Assembly (NCBI GenBank): GCA_965198235.1
Contig: OZ240248.1
Coordinates: 4,352,001 to 4,416,000, forward strand
DNA length: 64,000 nt
Direction: 5' to 3'
DNA from: Candidatus Poribacteria bacterium
GTDB taxonomy: Bacteria; Poribacteria; WGA-4E; WGA-3G
Positions within the stretch are counted from its first letter, which is position 1. Each line of letters begins with the position of its first letter. Shown here piece by piece: positions 48,173 through 58,630 of this stretch. Under the pieces are notes generated by a model, which saw only the letters and a list, made by a program, of their open reading frames with translations, ran no database searches and was not told the DNA's origin. The position numbers were made by a program, and so were the translations under genes.

Positions 48173-48907
48173 ATGCAACTCAAAGACAAAGTCGCTATCA
48201 TCACCGGTGGAGGGCGCGGCATCGGCAGAGCCATCGCTATCGCCTACGCCGCTGAAGGCGCACGGATTGTCATCGCCGCGCGAAGCACCGAACAACTCGA
48301 TGAAGTCGCTGCAGAGATAACCGAGCAGGGCGAGGAAATCCTCACCGTGCCAACCGACTTGCGAATCCCTGCGGAAGTGGAAAACCTCGTTCAGAAAACC
48401 GTAGATCGGTTCGGACGGATAGATATCCTCGTCAACAACGCCGGTATCAATCCAAGGGGTCTATTTTTGGATAGCACCGATGAAGAATGGGAACAAGGCT
48501 GGCAGATTAATGTCATGGGTGTTGTGCGTTGCTGTCGCGCCGTGTTGCCAATCATGAAACAGCAGGGAAACGGAAACATCATTAACGTCGGCTCCGGCAT
48601 GGGACAGGTTGGACATGCGAACCTCAGCGTCTATTGTGCATCGAAAGCGGCGTTGCACGGGTTGACCCAAGCGATCGCTGAAGAGGTCTGGGAGGATGGC
48701 ATCATCGCGAACGTGCTTATCCCCGGTCCAGTGAGAACCGAACTCTCAAAACCAGCATGGGAAAACGCGGGAACTTTCAGAGCGCAAAGCGATCCGTGGA
48801 AAGAGCCGGAGCAGGTTGTGGCATCGGCACTGTTCCTCGCGGCGCAGCCGCCTGCGAGCGGCATGACAGGTCAGATTCTCAGCATCATGCGTCGCAACAG
48901 TCCGTAA
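48173..48907 (+). CDS. SDR-family oxidoreductase
   Basis: TGGGRGIG, NNAG, YCASK. Confidence 0.93.
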   Translation: MQLKDKVAIITGGGRGIGRAIAIAYAAEGARIVIAARSTEQLDEVAAEITEQGEEILTVPTDLRIPAEVENLVQKTVDRFGRIDILVNNAGINPRGLFLDSTDEEWEQGWQINVMGVVRCCRAVLPIMKQQGNGNIINVGSGMGQVGHANLSVYCASKAALHGLTQAIAEEVWEDGIIANVLIPGPVRTELSKPAWENAGTFRAQSDPWKEPEQVVASALFLAAQPPASGMTGQILSIMRRNSP

Positions 48908-48932
48908 GGCATAGGCACTAAACGCCACGCTG

Positions 48933-49677
48933 TTACAACGGGAACGTAACGCGCCGTCCCTCCTGGGCAGAACGATATGCTCCTAAAACCATCTCTACTG
49001 AAACCCGTCCATCCTCCACTGTGACATCGGGTTCTGTCCCGTTCTTCAGGCAGTCAATAAATGGTCGAGGCACACCGCCAATCCGTTCCCCGTGACCCTC
49101 CGGAATTGGGATACCCAAGTCCTTCCATGAGGGTTCGTCTCGCGTATACAATTTGAGAGCGACAGCATCTGCGGATCGAGGGATATTGCACGAAGGTGCA
49201 TCGCCATAGTTCTGAATTACCACGCCTTCATCGCCATAGATCTCGGTCGTATTCTCACCAGCGAGTGTTACAAATGAGTTCTTTCATTGCGATGTTTGCT
49301 GGATCTCGCCGCATCTGATAACCCATCATAAATTTCACACCCGTTTTCTCGACGACCTCGGCAATACGATCGCAATCTTCCAACGTAAGTGCCATCGGTT
49401 TTTGGCAGAGGATATCCTTTCCTTCCGACGCGGTTGCCACCACCATCTCCGCGTGCCGATTCGTCTCACACGTCACGATAACAGCGTGAATCTCCGGATG
49501 GTTGATAACATCTTCAAGATGGGGAGAGTAACGCATGCCGTATTGTGTTGCCGCGGCTTCTCCACGTTCAACGTTATCGTCCCAACACGCAACGAGTTCA
49601 ACATCGTCAAACGCCTGCATCTGGTTGCAGTAAGCGTTGGTGTGTCCATGTGCAAAACTGATTATGCCGATACCAAC
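48933..49677 (-). pseudogene. Gfo/Idh/MocA oxidoreductase remnant (no start codon, internal deletion)
   Basis: The VGIGIISFAHGH...CQKPMA fragment has TGA immediately upstream; near 49260 it jumps out of frame to the C-terminal ENTTEIYG...AYRSA segment. Confidence 0.8.
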
Positions 49678-50003
49678 GCATCAACGCTGTTAAGCGAATG
49701 AGTCTCAATCAAACGCATTGAGTCCCAGACAAGTGGATCCGGAACCGGAATCGTTTTGAAATCTGATTGATTGTCAATTACTTCATAATTAAAGTTAATC
49801 CCTGCCTGAGAAAAATCGAGATTCGTGATTCGCCCATCATTTTTCTTCCTCACGCAAATCCAAAACAGTTCAATGATACCTAAAATCAAGCACATCATGC
49901 GGTTCAATGGAACATTATTGAATAGGAAATTGACCTTATCACTACCGATCTCTTGGGTATACCTCTTCACAAGGGCACTGGCATCAAAATAGAAATAGTA
50001 CAT
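49662..50003 (-). pseudogene. PIN-domain (VapC-like) toxin, 3'-truncated
   Basis: YFDASALVKRY..E.GS; ends just after L.S.DA and runs into the Gfo remnant. Confidence 0.7.
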
Positions 50004-50005
50004 AC

Positions 50006-50332
50006 CTACTTCTCGCGTTCTGCAATAATTGCGCGGCTAAACTCGTTATCTTCAGCACGAATACCGTGCTGCGCCATGCGCGCTTGCAGTTCTTCGGCAG
50101 GAATTGGTTCACCGGAAATTTCCATTTTCTCAAACATTTTATGGACAATTTTGGCATTTTGCTTCTTGTTTCGTCCGTAATACGCCATTACCTCTTCACC
50201 TGTTTTGTAATCCTTCGGAGGGTTCGGCACTAACGCATCAACAAGTCCGGAAAGCTGGAGATTCACTTCTGCAACTGCCTGCTCCAACCGATCCAAACGC
50301 TGGGTAATAGTTTCGAGCGTCTCTTTTGCCAT
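50006..50332 (-). CDS. Putative antitoxin partner of the PIN toxin
   Basis: Stop is 2 bp before the PIN start; C-terminal SRAIIAERE motif. Confidence 0.6.
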   Translation of the reverse strand: MAKETLETITQRLDRLEQAVAEVNLQLSGLVDALVPNPPKDYKTGEEVMAYYGRNKKQNAKIVHKMFEKMEISGEPIPAEELQARMAQHGIRAEDNEFSRAIIAEREK

Positions 50333-50481
50333 CGTAAAACTCCTCTATCTTTCCCGAAATGGCACAAACTAACAGTTTATGCTACAACGAATCTACTTTT
50401 CTAATGCTTGCTTTTATCTTTACACGGAACTCATGTTATTAGGATACCACATAAATCAGCGGATGTCCCATCAACACACCC

Positions 50482-52134
50482 TTACTTCTCCAAAACGATC
50501 CGAATCTCCGAGTCTATACCGTGTCCACCAAAACCCACTTTAGCAGAAATCGGACCGAGAGACTCCAGTGGAAAGAGATTTTCTGTGATACGTTGTGTCA
50601 CTGCTGCATCCAATTTCTGTCCTGAAAGAGAACCAAGCACCGTTATGATCGGAAGGAAACGCTTCAATTCCGGCACAAACAACTCCGGTTGAATAAACGC
50701 CTGAACACCATCTGCACCTGCGGAGAACGCTATATCCTCCAAAACAGGAGCGTTACCTGTGGTCGTATCAATCACAGACTTCAAGCCCGCCAGTGTTGTA
50801 CCCAAAACGAAATAGTCGTTAATGATTGCATATCCGCCCGTAACCGCTAATAGAAAATTGAGACGGAGCTGCACGGGCTGCAGTGTGATACCTTTGTAAT
50901 CCTGCGGTTCAAGGAATTCGAGTGGTTTGCCGGCAATTAAGGGCTTTCCCTCCTTCACGATTCCCAAAACTGCGTTTAATACATCCGGAGCCTTCGCATG
51001 AGCCAGCAAAACCAATGAAGGCACGACCGATACTTCACCCGGATCGGGAGCAACTAATAAGACAGTTAAGTCCGAGCCCAAAACTTCGGAGAGATCTATA
51101 TTGCCGAAGAGTTCTCGCATCTGATTCGGAATGGTCAGTGAAGCAACAAAGGCAGTACGTTCGGGAAAAGCAAGGAACGGTTTCGAGTCATCCGCAGTTG
51201 GAAGATTAGAACGGCTGGTGTCAATACTGCTTCGGAACCGATGTCGTGACACAATCACGCCTTCTTCATATCGGTTGCTAAACGCCCACGATCCTGAATC
51301 CCCAAACAACCCCAAAATTTGTTTAGCAAGCACATCGGAACTCATAGTATCCAATAAAGGAGCAAATTGCTGCAAATCTACATACCCAATGCTTTTGTCC
51401 TGATGATAATCGTCCTGTATCTCCACCGCCATCGGATGCTCAGCGAGAAATCCTTGCTTTTTCGGGTCAGTTTTTGTGCCAGAAAGCCCCGTATAGAGGT
51501 CAAGCGTCTCAACTAATAACAACGGGTCGAGGCTTAAGATGCCTATTTTTCCGATGAAGGTATAACTAAAATTGCGTGGATACCCTATAATGGTATTAAT
51601 CGTGAACTCGCCGTAATCGGATTGGAGACGCTCGTATTTTGGGTTGATCGCATCCGTTGCTGTAATCGCTTCAATGCTCAGTTTCTCCTGCGCTCCCACC
51701 GCAGTGATGAGCAGAAACGAGAGTTCTCCTTCACGTCGATAAAGCGTAAGGATGGCTTCCTCCCCAAAATAGCCGGTGATCGTCTTCAGGTCAAGTTTCC
51801 CACCCATCTCGAATTCCCATAGCTGCTTCTGATAGACGAGTTGTTTCCACCATCGCTGCTTTCTAATCTCAGTGAGAAGCGGCATTTTAGCAGTCTGCTT
51901 TCCCAACTCACTACGATTGAAGGTTTCTACCAAGCCTTTCAACTCCTTGAGCGTCAAATAACAAATTGGAGATTTCGGGAGAAGCGTGATAAGATGCTGT
52001 TCCGGTTCCCACAACGCGGTCCGGTGATAGATAATGGATAGCAAAATGATAACCCCAATAAGAACGATTAGGCTGATGAAAATGATTCTTTTAATTATTC
52101 CTTGCGGTTCGGTCAGGTGGGTTAAAACATTCAC
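50482..52134 (-). CDS. Hypothetical membrane-anchored protein (DUF3352-like) with a repeat-derived N-terminus
   Basis: 550-aa ORF with an N-terminal TM helix; GGAGGAG + GTG start lies inside PE copy 7. Confidence 0.7.
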   Translation of the reverse strand: MNVLTHLTEPQGIIKRIIFISLIVLIGVIILLSIIYHRTALWEPEQHLITLLPKSPICYLTLKELKGLVETFNRSELGKQTAKMPLLTEIRKQRWWKQLVYQKQLWEFEMGGKLDLKTITGYFGEEAILTLYRREGELSFLLITAVGAQEKLSIEAITATDAINPKYERLQSDYGEFTINTIIGYPRNFSYTFIGKIGILSLDPLLLVETLDLYTGLSGTKTDPKKQGFLAEHPMAVEIQDDYHQDKSIGYVDLQQFAPLLDTMSSDVLAKQILGLFGDSGSWAFSNRYEEGVIVSRHRFRSSIDTSRSNLPTADDSKPFLAFPERTAFVASLTIPNQMRELFGNIDLSEVLGSDLTVLLVAPDPGEVSVVPSLVLLAHAKAPDVLNAVLGIVKEGKPLIAGKPLEFLEPQDYKGITLQPVQLRLNFLLAVTGGYAIINDYFVLGTTLAGLKSVIDTTTGNAPVLEDIAFSAGADGVQAFIQPELFVPELKRFLPIITVLGSLSGQKLDAAVTQRITENLFPLESLGPISAKVGFGGHGIDSEIRIVLEK

Positions 52135-52309
52135 GTTCTCCTCCGTCCATCCGCCCTCCGCTACGCTTACGGGCTACGGTTTTGGTTTAACATTTCCAAG
52201 ATAAAAGAAACGTTGTAGGAGCGAGTTTTATTCGCGATTTCCCTGGGGCTTCACCAGAAACCCACTCGTAATGGAATAGAGAGCACCCCAGGTGCCCATA
52301 ATTTAAAAA
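52089..52309 (+). repeat. PE copy 7 (full length, with a nested GTAG REP)
   Basis: TTTTAATTATTCCTTGCGGTTCGGTCAGG...CCGCTACGCTTACGGGCTACGG...ACCAGAAACCCACTCGTAATGGAAT...CATAATTTAAAAA. Confidence 0.88.
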
Positions 52310-52472
52310 TTGTCATTTGATTATATCACACCTCGTTTCGGTAGACAATCAAATTGATGAGAGATTCGGTATGCTTCTGAAGCGCGATCGCAGTCTGTCC
52401 AGCCGCAGCCGTAAAAAACTTGCCTGAAGCGAAAAAATGATGTAAAATATTAAAGTTATTTCTTGAAAGAGG

Positions 52473-54359
52473 GTGAACAACGTTCCGACCAAAGATCTCA
52501 GAATTCGGCCATTCACTATTTTCCTCATCTGCGTGTTAGTCCCTGCCAACTGTTGGTGGGTGTCCGCCTCCATTATCCGTGGCGGTGGAAGTCCCACGCA
52601 GGTTTCGCTTTTCTACAACGCCGTTATCACCATTTTAATCCTATTGGGCATCGGACTCCTTTTGCGCAGATTGCATCACGCGCTCGTGCTCAATCGCGCT
52701 GAATTGCTCGTCATCTACACTTGCATTTCAGTAGGGGCAGGACTTGCAGGTGTAGACCGATTCCTTGTCCTCATGCCGATTATCGGGCATGCACACTGGT
52801 TCGCAACACCGGAAAACGATTGGGCGAACCTGTTCCATCTGCACGTCCCACAATGGTTGGCTGTCAGCGATAAACGCGTGCTTGAGGGATATTACCACGG
52901 ATTTGCGAGTATCTATGAACCGCGCTACTTGACAGCATGGCTACCCGCCATCTTGTGGTGGACACTTTTCTTGGTTGCTATCCACCTCGTCATGCTCTGC
53001 CTCAGTCTGATCTTTCGGAAACAGTGGGTCGAATCAGAGAGACTCAGTTATCCCATCATCCAATTGCCTTTCGAGATGACGACACGCACCCGTAGATTCT
53101 TCAGTTCGCCGTGGATGTGGCTTGGACTTTCGATCGGTGTCTCAATCGACATTATCAACGGGTTAAACTTCCTGTTCCCTGCTGTTCCGAGTCTCGGCGG
53201 GAAATTATACGATCTGCGGAAGATTTTCACAGAACGTCCCTGGAGCGGTATCGGTTGGAGTCCGATTGGTATCTTTCCATTCGGTGTCGGGCTTTCATTC
53301 TTTATACCGTTGGATCTCTCCTTCTCCTGTTGGGCATTCTGGTTAATCTGGCGAGCGGAACGGTTGTTAGGGGTTATCGCGGGGTGGCGGGGACTGCCAC
53401 GTTTCCCTTACGAAGCCGAGCAATCACACGGCGCATATCTGGGACTGTGTGTTGTGGCTATCTGGATGAGCCGACGCTATTTGAAGGGGGTTTTACACCA
53501 ACTCGTGTCCCCAAAGACAGACGAACCAATTTCATATCGTCTGATTATCATCGGATTTCTCGGCGCATCGGCGTTCATCGTCGGATTCTGCCTCAAGATG
53601 GGTATGAGTTTTTGGATAATCATCGTCTACTTCGCCATCTGGTTCGCAATTGCAATGGCGATCACACGTTTGCGTGCGGAACTCGGTTCACCAGTGCACG
53701 ACTTACACTTTATTGGACCTGATGAAATGCTGCCCCGGTTATTAGGCATACGCCGATTGGGAGCCGTGAATTTAACGGGGTTCGCCTACCTCTATGGTCT
53801 AAACCGCGCACACCGTTCACATGCCATGCCGCATCAACTTGAAGGCTTCAAATTGGCTGAGGGTGCCAACATTCCACTGCGCCGGTTTTCGCTTCTTATG
53901 ATGTTGGCTTCTGCGTTAGGCGCGCTCGGTTCATTCTGGGCATATCTGTCCATGTATTACTCGGAAGGCGGTTTCTCAAGTTTTGGCAGAGAATCCTTTA
54001 ATCGGTTAGAGACATGGCTGACCTACGCCGCACCGCCGGATGTGCCTGCGATCAGTTTTGCCTCATTTGGATTCGTCCTGACGTTACTCCTTGCCGCAAT
54101 GCGGATGCGATTCATCTGGTGGAACTTACACCCTGTCGGTTATGCGATCTCCGGGAGCTGGGCAATTAACCCGATGGTAGGTTCAATTTTCGTCGGATGG
54201 CTGCTCAAATGGCTCGTGCTGAAATACGGTGGACTCCACTTGCATCGGAAAGCGGTTCCGTTTTTCCTCGGCATTGTGCTCGGTGAGTTCGTGATCGGCT
54301 CGTTCTGGAGTCTCCTCGCTGTTACACTCGATAAACCGATGTATCGCTTCCTCTTTTAG
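52473..54359 (+). CDS. Polytopic membrane protein, DUF6785/DUF6784-type (putative peptide transporter-like)
   Basis: ATPENDW, RKQWVESERLSYPIIQLP, LHPVGY, KYGG...PFFLGIVLGE. Confidence 0.75.
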   Translation: MNNVPTKDLRIRPFTIFLICVLVPANCWWVSASIIRGGGSPTQVSLFYNAVITILILLGIGLLLRRLHHALVLNRAELLVIYTCISVGAGLAGVDRFLVLMPIIGHAHWFATPENDWANLFHLHVPQWLAVSDKRVLEGYYHGFASIYEPRYLTAWLPAILWWTLFLVAIHLVMLCLSLIFRKQWVESERLSYPIIQLPFEMTTRTRRFFSSPWMWLGLSIGVSIDIINGLNFLFPAVPSLGGKLYDLRKIFTERPWSGIGWSPIGIFPFGVGLSFFIPLDLSFSCWAFWLIWRAERLLGVIAGWRGLPRFPYEAEQSHGAYLGLCVVAIWMSRRYLKGVLHQLVSPKTDEPISYRLIIIGFLGASAFIVGFCLKMGMSFWIIIVYFAIWFAIAMAITRLRAELGSPVHDLHFIGPDEMLPRLLGIRRLGAVNLTGFAYLYGLNRAHRSHAMPHQLEGFKLAEGANIPLRRFSLLMMLASALGALGSFWAYLSMYYSEGGFSSFGRESFNRLETWLTYAAPPDVPAISFASFGFVLTLLLAAMRMRFIWWNLHPVGYAISGSWAINPMVGSIFVGWLLKWLVLKYGGLHLHRKAVPFFLGIVLGEFVIGSFWSLLAVTLDKPMYRFLF

Positions 54360-54445
54360 AGACAGAATAAGACGCGTAAAAAGGCGTTGCTATTTTTCCT
54401 ATTTGTGGTATACTGTTAAAAACCCAACGCCTTGGAAGAAAATAA

Positions 54446-55114
54446 TTGGAATTACAGCAGAAAGTGGAAATTATATCAGAAGCACTGGAAGATTTATTCG
54501 GTGTACCGACCCGCGAAGGTGCAGGAGACGTGTTAGAATGCCTTATCCTAACGATCTTGTCGCAAAATACGACAGATGTTAGCCGCGATAAGGGGTATGC
54601 CGTGCTGAAAGATCGCTTCCCAACGTGGGAGGATGCGCTGCACGCCGATGCCAAATCGATAGAGGCAGCGATAAGGATTGTTGGACTCGGAGAACAGAAA
54701 AGCCTTACTATCAAAAACTTCCTCACTTGGCTCAAAGCCGAACATGGTGAACTCTCACTGGAATTCATTCATGACATGGAAACGGAAGAAGCATTAGAAT
54801 TCCTATGTCAACACAAAGGTATCGGTATCAAAACCGCATCCGTTACACTCTCCTTCGCATGCGGTCGGGAGGTCTTCCCAGTTGATACACACATCCTGCG
54901 AATTTCCAAGCGCCTCGGACTGATTCCACCGAATTGCAGCGCCGAAAAGGCACATCAACTGTTACCACCAATTGTGCCGGAGAATAAGGCGTATCCATTC
55001 CACATGAACTTGATTTACTTCGGTAGAAAAATCTGTGATGCCCGAAAGCCGTTATGTGAACGGTGTCCGTTGACGCAGCATTGCCTCTACTTCAGAGAGA
55101 GCTTACAAGCTTAG
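54446..55114 (+). CDS. nth: Endonuclease III-like DNA glycosylase (HhH-GPD, 4Fe-4S)
   Basis: ILSQNTTD, KGIGIKTA, FPVDTH, C.ARKP.C..CP....C. Confidence 0.88.
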   Translation: MELQQKVEIISEALEDLFGVPTREGAGDVLECLILTILSQNTTDVSRDKGYAVLKDRFPTWEDALHADAKSIEAAIRIVGLGEQKSLTIKNFLTWLKAEHGELSLEFIHDMETEEALEFLCQHKGIGIKTASVTLSFACGREVFPVDTHILRISKRLGLIPPNCSAEKAHQLLPPIVPENKAYPFHMNLIYFGRKICDARKPLCERCPLTQHCLYFRESLQA

Positions 55115-55143
55115 ACAGTGCTTCCCTGTATCGGAGGGAAAAT

Positions 55144-57237
55144 ATGTTTAATTGGAGAAATTTGTCGTGGAAACATCTATTTGTGGTGTTGTTGATATTA
55201 CATATCCTACCGCTCTGGATCTTTGCCTACTTTCCCTCGCAAGACGGTGCAAGTCATATTTACAACGGTTTGGTGCTAAAGGAATATGGGAAACACGAAA
55301 ACTATCAGATGCGGAACGCATGGGAACCGAATATAACGATCTTCCCGAACTGGCTGTCACACATTTTTTTGTTAGCATTCCTCTACGTGTTCCCACCTGT
55401 CATCTCGGAGAAGGTACTTCTTACAATCGCGATAGGCATGGTCCCGATCGCTTTCTTCTATTTCTTTAACGCTGTCCACAAAGGTGAGAAAGGGCAGTAT
55501 GTGTACGCCTGGCTCGGTTTCCCTTTCGCCTACAACTACCTCCTCTACATGGGATTCTACAACTTCCAGCTGAGCATTTCGTTCTTCTTCTTTAGTTTCG
55601 GGTTCTGGTGGAAGCATAAAGACGACATGCAGGTAAAACATTTGGCATGCCTCTATGTGTTGTTACTGCTGACCTATCTGTCGCATATCGCCTCTTATGG
55701 TCTCGTGGTGTTGGGTATCTCTGTCGCAGGAGGCTGTTTGTGGGGTGCCCCAGCGATAACCGCAGCGTGGCGAACGCGTGATGAAGGATTCACGGCACTG
55801 TTGCAAAAATTTGTTGCCAGCCTGAAGTCCGTCTTTCGCCTTTTCCTCTACATGGTGCCGATGTATTTTGTGCTGATAGACTACTACCTACAGAGTGTAA
55901 AACAACATCAACAAGGTAACCATCGCGGTATGGAATGGGTTTGGGAATATTTCTGGGGTGTTAAATCGATCGTCTACTTTAGCCACTCGTATGTTACGGC
56001 CAACTATTTTCTTCTCGCGGTGTTAGGAATAGCAGTTATCATCTCCATCGGTTATCGAATTCACCGGAAGGAGTGGGTGAAACGAACGGATGCTTTTCTG
56101 CTAATTGCGTTCTTGTTTACTTACATGTTCGTTAGGGCACCGTGGAGCTATGGACCGGGAGGATGGATTAACGATAGGATTCATCTCTATATTCTGCCGA
56201 TGTTAGCGGCATGGCTAATTCCGAATATGGGTAAATTCCCTCGCTACGCTGTCGCAGCGTGCCTTGTCTTTTTTAGTTTATTCCACTTTGGCAGGACCGC
56301 GCATGATCATGCACGGATTGCGCCAGAGATTGCGGAATTGGTATCGGGCACACATCTTATCGAACCTCATACAACATACCAGATGCGAAGTGAGGACTGG
56401 CACAAATCTGATGCTTTAGGAAAGATTGAATACGTCACACCCTTTGTCCACCACATGGCACTCTATGGCGTATATACAAATGATGTGGCACATTTGTCAA
56501 ACTACGAAGCCGCCTTCAATTACTTCCCGATAAATCGCAACGATGAGAACGCTCCTGACGATTATCTCGATCTGTGGTACCACAAAGCACCTGTAGACTA
56601 TGTGGTGGCGTGGTATCCGCCTGATACGCCTGAATTTCGGGCGTATACCGCCGATCACGAAATCATCCACGAAACGAAACACCTCCAACTTTATCGGAAA
56701 AAGCGAGCAGCTGGACCGATACTTGAATTGTGGAACAAGACGGAAGAAGACAATTTGATAATTCGTTTCGATATGCAACCCAACGGTAGCGAAACCGCTC
56801 CCGACCATCACGCTATTGGACCGAATACAGAATATGAGAGCGGTAAATTCGGATGGCATACACGCTCACCCCACGAAGCCTATCGAGGCGACAGAAGTAT
56901 GACGGAACTCGCGCAGGATGGTGTTTGGGGTCAGAGAGATGCCGCCTTTAAACTCGATCTGCCTAACGGAAACTATCGGGTAACCAATACTTTCTGCCCA
57001 GCAGAAGATAAAACGCATACAATTAATTTGTTAGCAAATGGGGAGCAAATTCTTAAAGACTTTATCGTAGAAGATGATAACAAAGCACTCGAACACACCT
57101 ATACGATCAAAGTCACAGACGGCTCCCTCACTCAAGTCATTTTTACCCCCAAAGACCGGGTGCGTCATGAAGATGAATGGAACAAAAAGAATCATTTTTG
57201 GATTTGGAACGGCTGTACAGTCGAACAGATTTTTTAA
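55144..57237 (+). CDS. Multi-pass membrane protein (GT-C-like) with a C-terminal beta-rich domain
   Basis: PSQDGASH, MGFYNF, about 10 TM helices, C-terminal FKLDLPNGNYRV domain. Confidence 0.65.
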   Translation: MFNWRNLSWKHLFVVLLILHILPLWIFAYFPSQDGASHIYNGLVLKEYGKHENYQMRNAWEPNITIFPNWLSHIFLLAFLYVFPPVISEKVLLTIAIGMVPIAFFYFFNAVHKGEKGQYVYAWLGFPFAYNYLLYMGFYNFQLSISFFFFSFGFWWKHKDDMQVKHLACLYVLLLLTYLSHIASYGLVVLGISVAGGCLWGAPAITAAWRTRDEGFTALLQKFVASLKSVFRLFLYMVPMYFVLIDYYLQSVKQHQQGNHRGMEWVWEYFWGVKSIVYFSHSYVTANYFLLAVLGIAVIISIGYRIHRKEWVKRTDAFLLIAFLFTYMFVRAPWSYGPGGWINDRIHLYILPMLAAWLIPNMGKFPRYAVAACLVFFSLFHFGRTAHDHARIAPEIAELVSGTHLIEPHTTYQMRSEDWHKSDALGKIEYVTPFVHHMALYGVYTNDVAHLSNYEAAFNYFPINRNDENAPDDYLDLWYHKAPVDYVVAWYPPDTPEFRAYTADHEIIHETKHLQLYRKKRAAGPILELWNKTEEDNLIIRFDMQPNGSETAPDHHAIGPNTEYESGKFGWHTRSPHEAYRGDRSMTELAQDGVWGQRDAAFKLDLPNGNYRVTNTFCPAEDKTHTINLLANGEQILKDFIVEDDNKALEHTYTIKVTDGSLTQVIFTPKDRVRHEDEWNKKNHFWIWNGCTVEQIF

Positions 57238-57420
57238 ACTATTAAGGTCGCTCGGTTTTGTCCTGCTTCGCAGTGAGAACCAAAACCGAATCCCTGCCAA
57301 GATCAACAACTTATTGTGCAACAGCACGATTAATCACACTTTTAATCGAGAAACTCCCAATTGATAAACCTTTCATTTTTCAACAACGGAGAAAAATGAG
57401 CAAGGAGATGTTAGAAAAAA

Positions 57421-58617
57421 ATGATTAAACCACATGGAGCCGAAACCTTAACCCCGCTTTACGTTTCGGATGATGCAGAACGCGCTGAACTGACAAAGGA
57501 AGCGGAGCAACTTCCGTCCGTCCTGCTCTCTTCAGGTGCCGCTGCATCAGCCGTTATGCTCGCGTCAGGGTACTTTACACCACTCACGGGCTATATGAAC
57601 ATCGCCGCAGCAACAAGCGTCGCCGCAGATATGAAACTGCCGAACGGACTCTTCTGGCCCGCCCCTGTGATGAACATCGTCCCATCGGAACAGCTCACGG
57701 ATGCAGTAAAGAACGCCGATAGAATCGCCCTACGCGATCCGAACGTTGAAGGCAATCCACCGCTCGCTGTTATGAAGGCTTCGGCAATCGAGACCCTTTC
57801 AACAGAACAGAAGCAACTTCTTATTGAAAAGACCTTTGGAACCACCGATCCTGAGCATCCGGGTGTCCCCGCTTTCGCCAGCGTCGGGGACAACGTCCTC
57901 TCTGGTCCCATTGAAGTCCTGAACTATTCCTATTTCCGCGAGGATTTTCCGGACACATTCCGCACCGCTGTTGAGATTCGCGAAGACATCGCAGCGCGTG
58001 GATGGGATACAGTCGTCGCTTTTCAGACGCGGAACCCGATGCACCGCGCCCACGAGGAACTCTGTAAGATCGCACAAAAAGAAGTCAACGCCGACGGTAT
58101 CCTGATTCACATGCTCCTCGGCAAGTTAAAGCCGGGCGACATCCCCGCCGCCGTTCGCGATGCCTCTATCCGTGCGATGGTGCAACATTATTTCCCCGAA
58201 AACACCGTCTCTATCACCGGTTACGGATTCGATATGCTCTACGCAGGACCGCGAGAAGCACTCCTCCACGCCGTTTTCCGTCAGAACTGCGGTGCATCAC
58301 ACTTCATCGTCGGACGGGATCATGCTGGTGCAGGTGATTATTACGGCGCGTTCGAGGCACAAGAGATCTTCGACACAATTCCCGAGAACGCCTTAGAAAT
58401 CGGTATCTTCCGCGGCGACTTCACAGTCTGGTGCAAAAAGTGCAATGAGATCGTGATGATGCGTGACTGCCCTCACGGTGGCGATGATTATTTCAACGTC
58501 TCTGGCACAAAACAGCGCGAGATTCTCGCCGCTGGTGAGCCGCTGCCACCGGAAATTGCGCGCCCTGAAGTCGCCGAGATCCTGATGGAGTACTACCAGT
58601 CCGAGGCAAACGCCTAA
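57421..58617 (+). CDS. sat: Sulfate adenylyltransferase
   Basis: AFQTRNPMHRAHE, MLYAGPREALLHA..RQN.G.SHFIVGRDHAG. Confidence 0.97.
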   Translation: MIKPHGAETLTPLYVSDDAERAELTKEAEQLPSVLLSSGAAASAVMLASGYFTPLTGYMNIAAATSVAADMKLPNGLFWPAPVMNIVPSEQLTDAVKNADRIALRDPNVEGNPPLAVMKASAIETLSTEQKQLLIEKTFGTTDPEHPGVPAFASVGDNVLSGPIEVLNYSYFREDFPDTFRTAVEIREDIAARGWDTVVAFQTRNPMHRAHEELCKIAQKEVNADGILIHMLLGKLKPGDIPAAVRDASIRAMVQHYFPENTVSITGYGFDMLYAGPREALLHAVFRQNCGASHFIVGRDHAGAGDYYGAFEAQEIFDTIPENALEIGIFRGDFTVWCKKCNEIVMMRDCPHGGDDYFNVSGTKQREILAAGEPLPPEIARPEVAEILMEYYQSEANA

Positions 58618-58630
58618 GTAATTCATTTGA

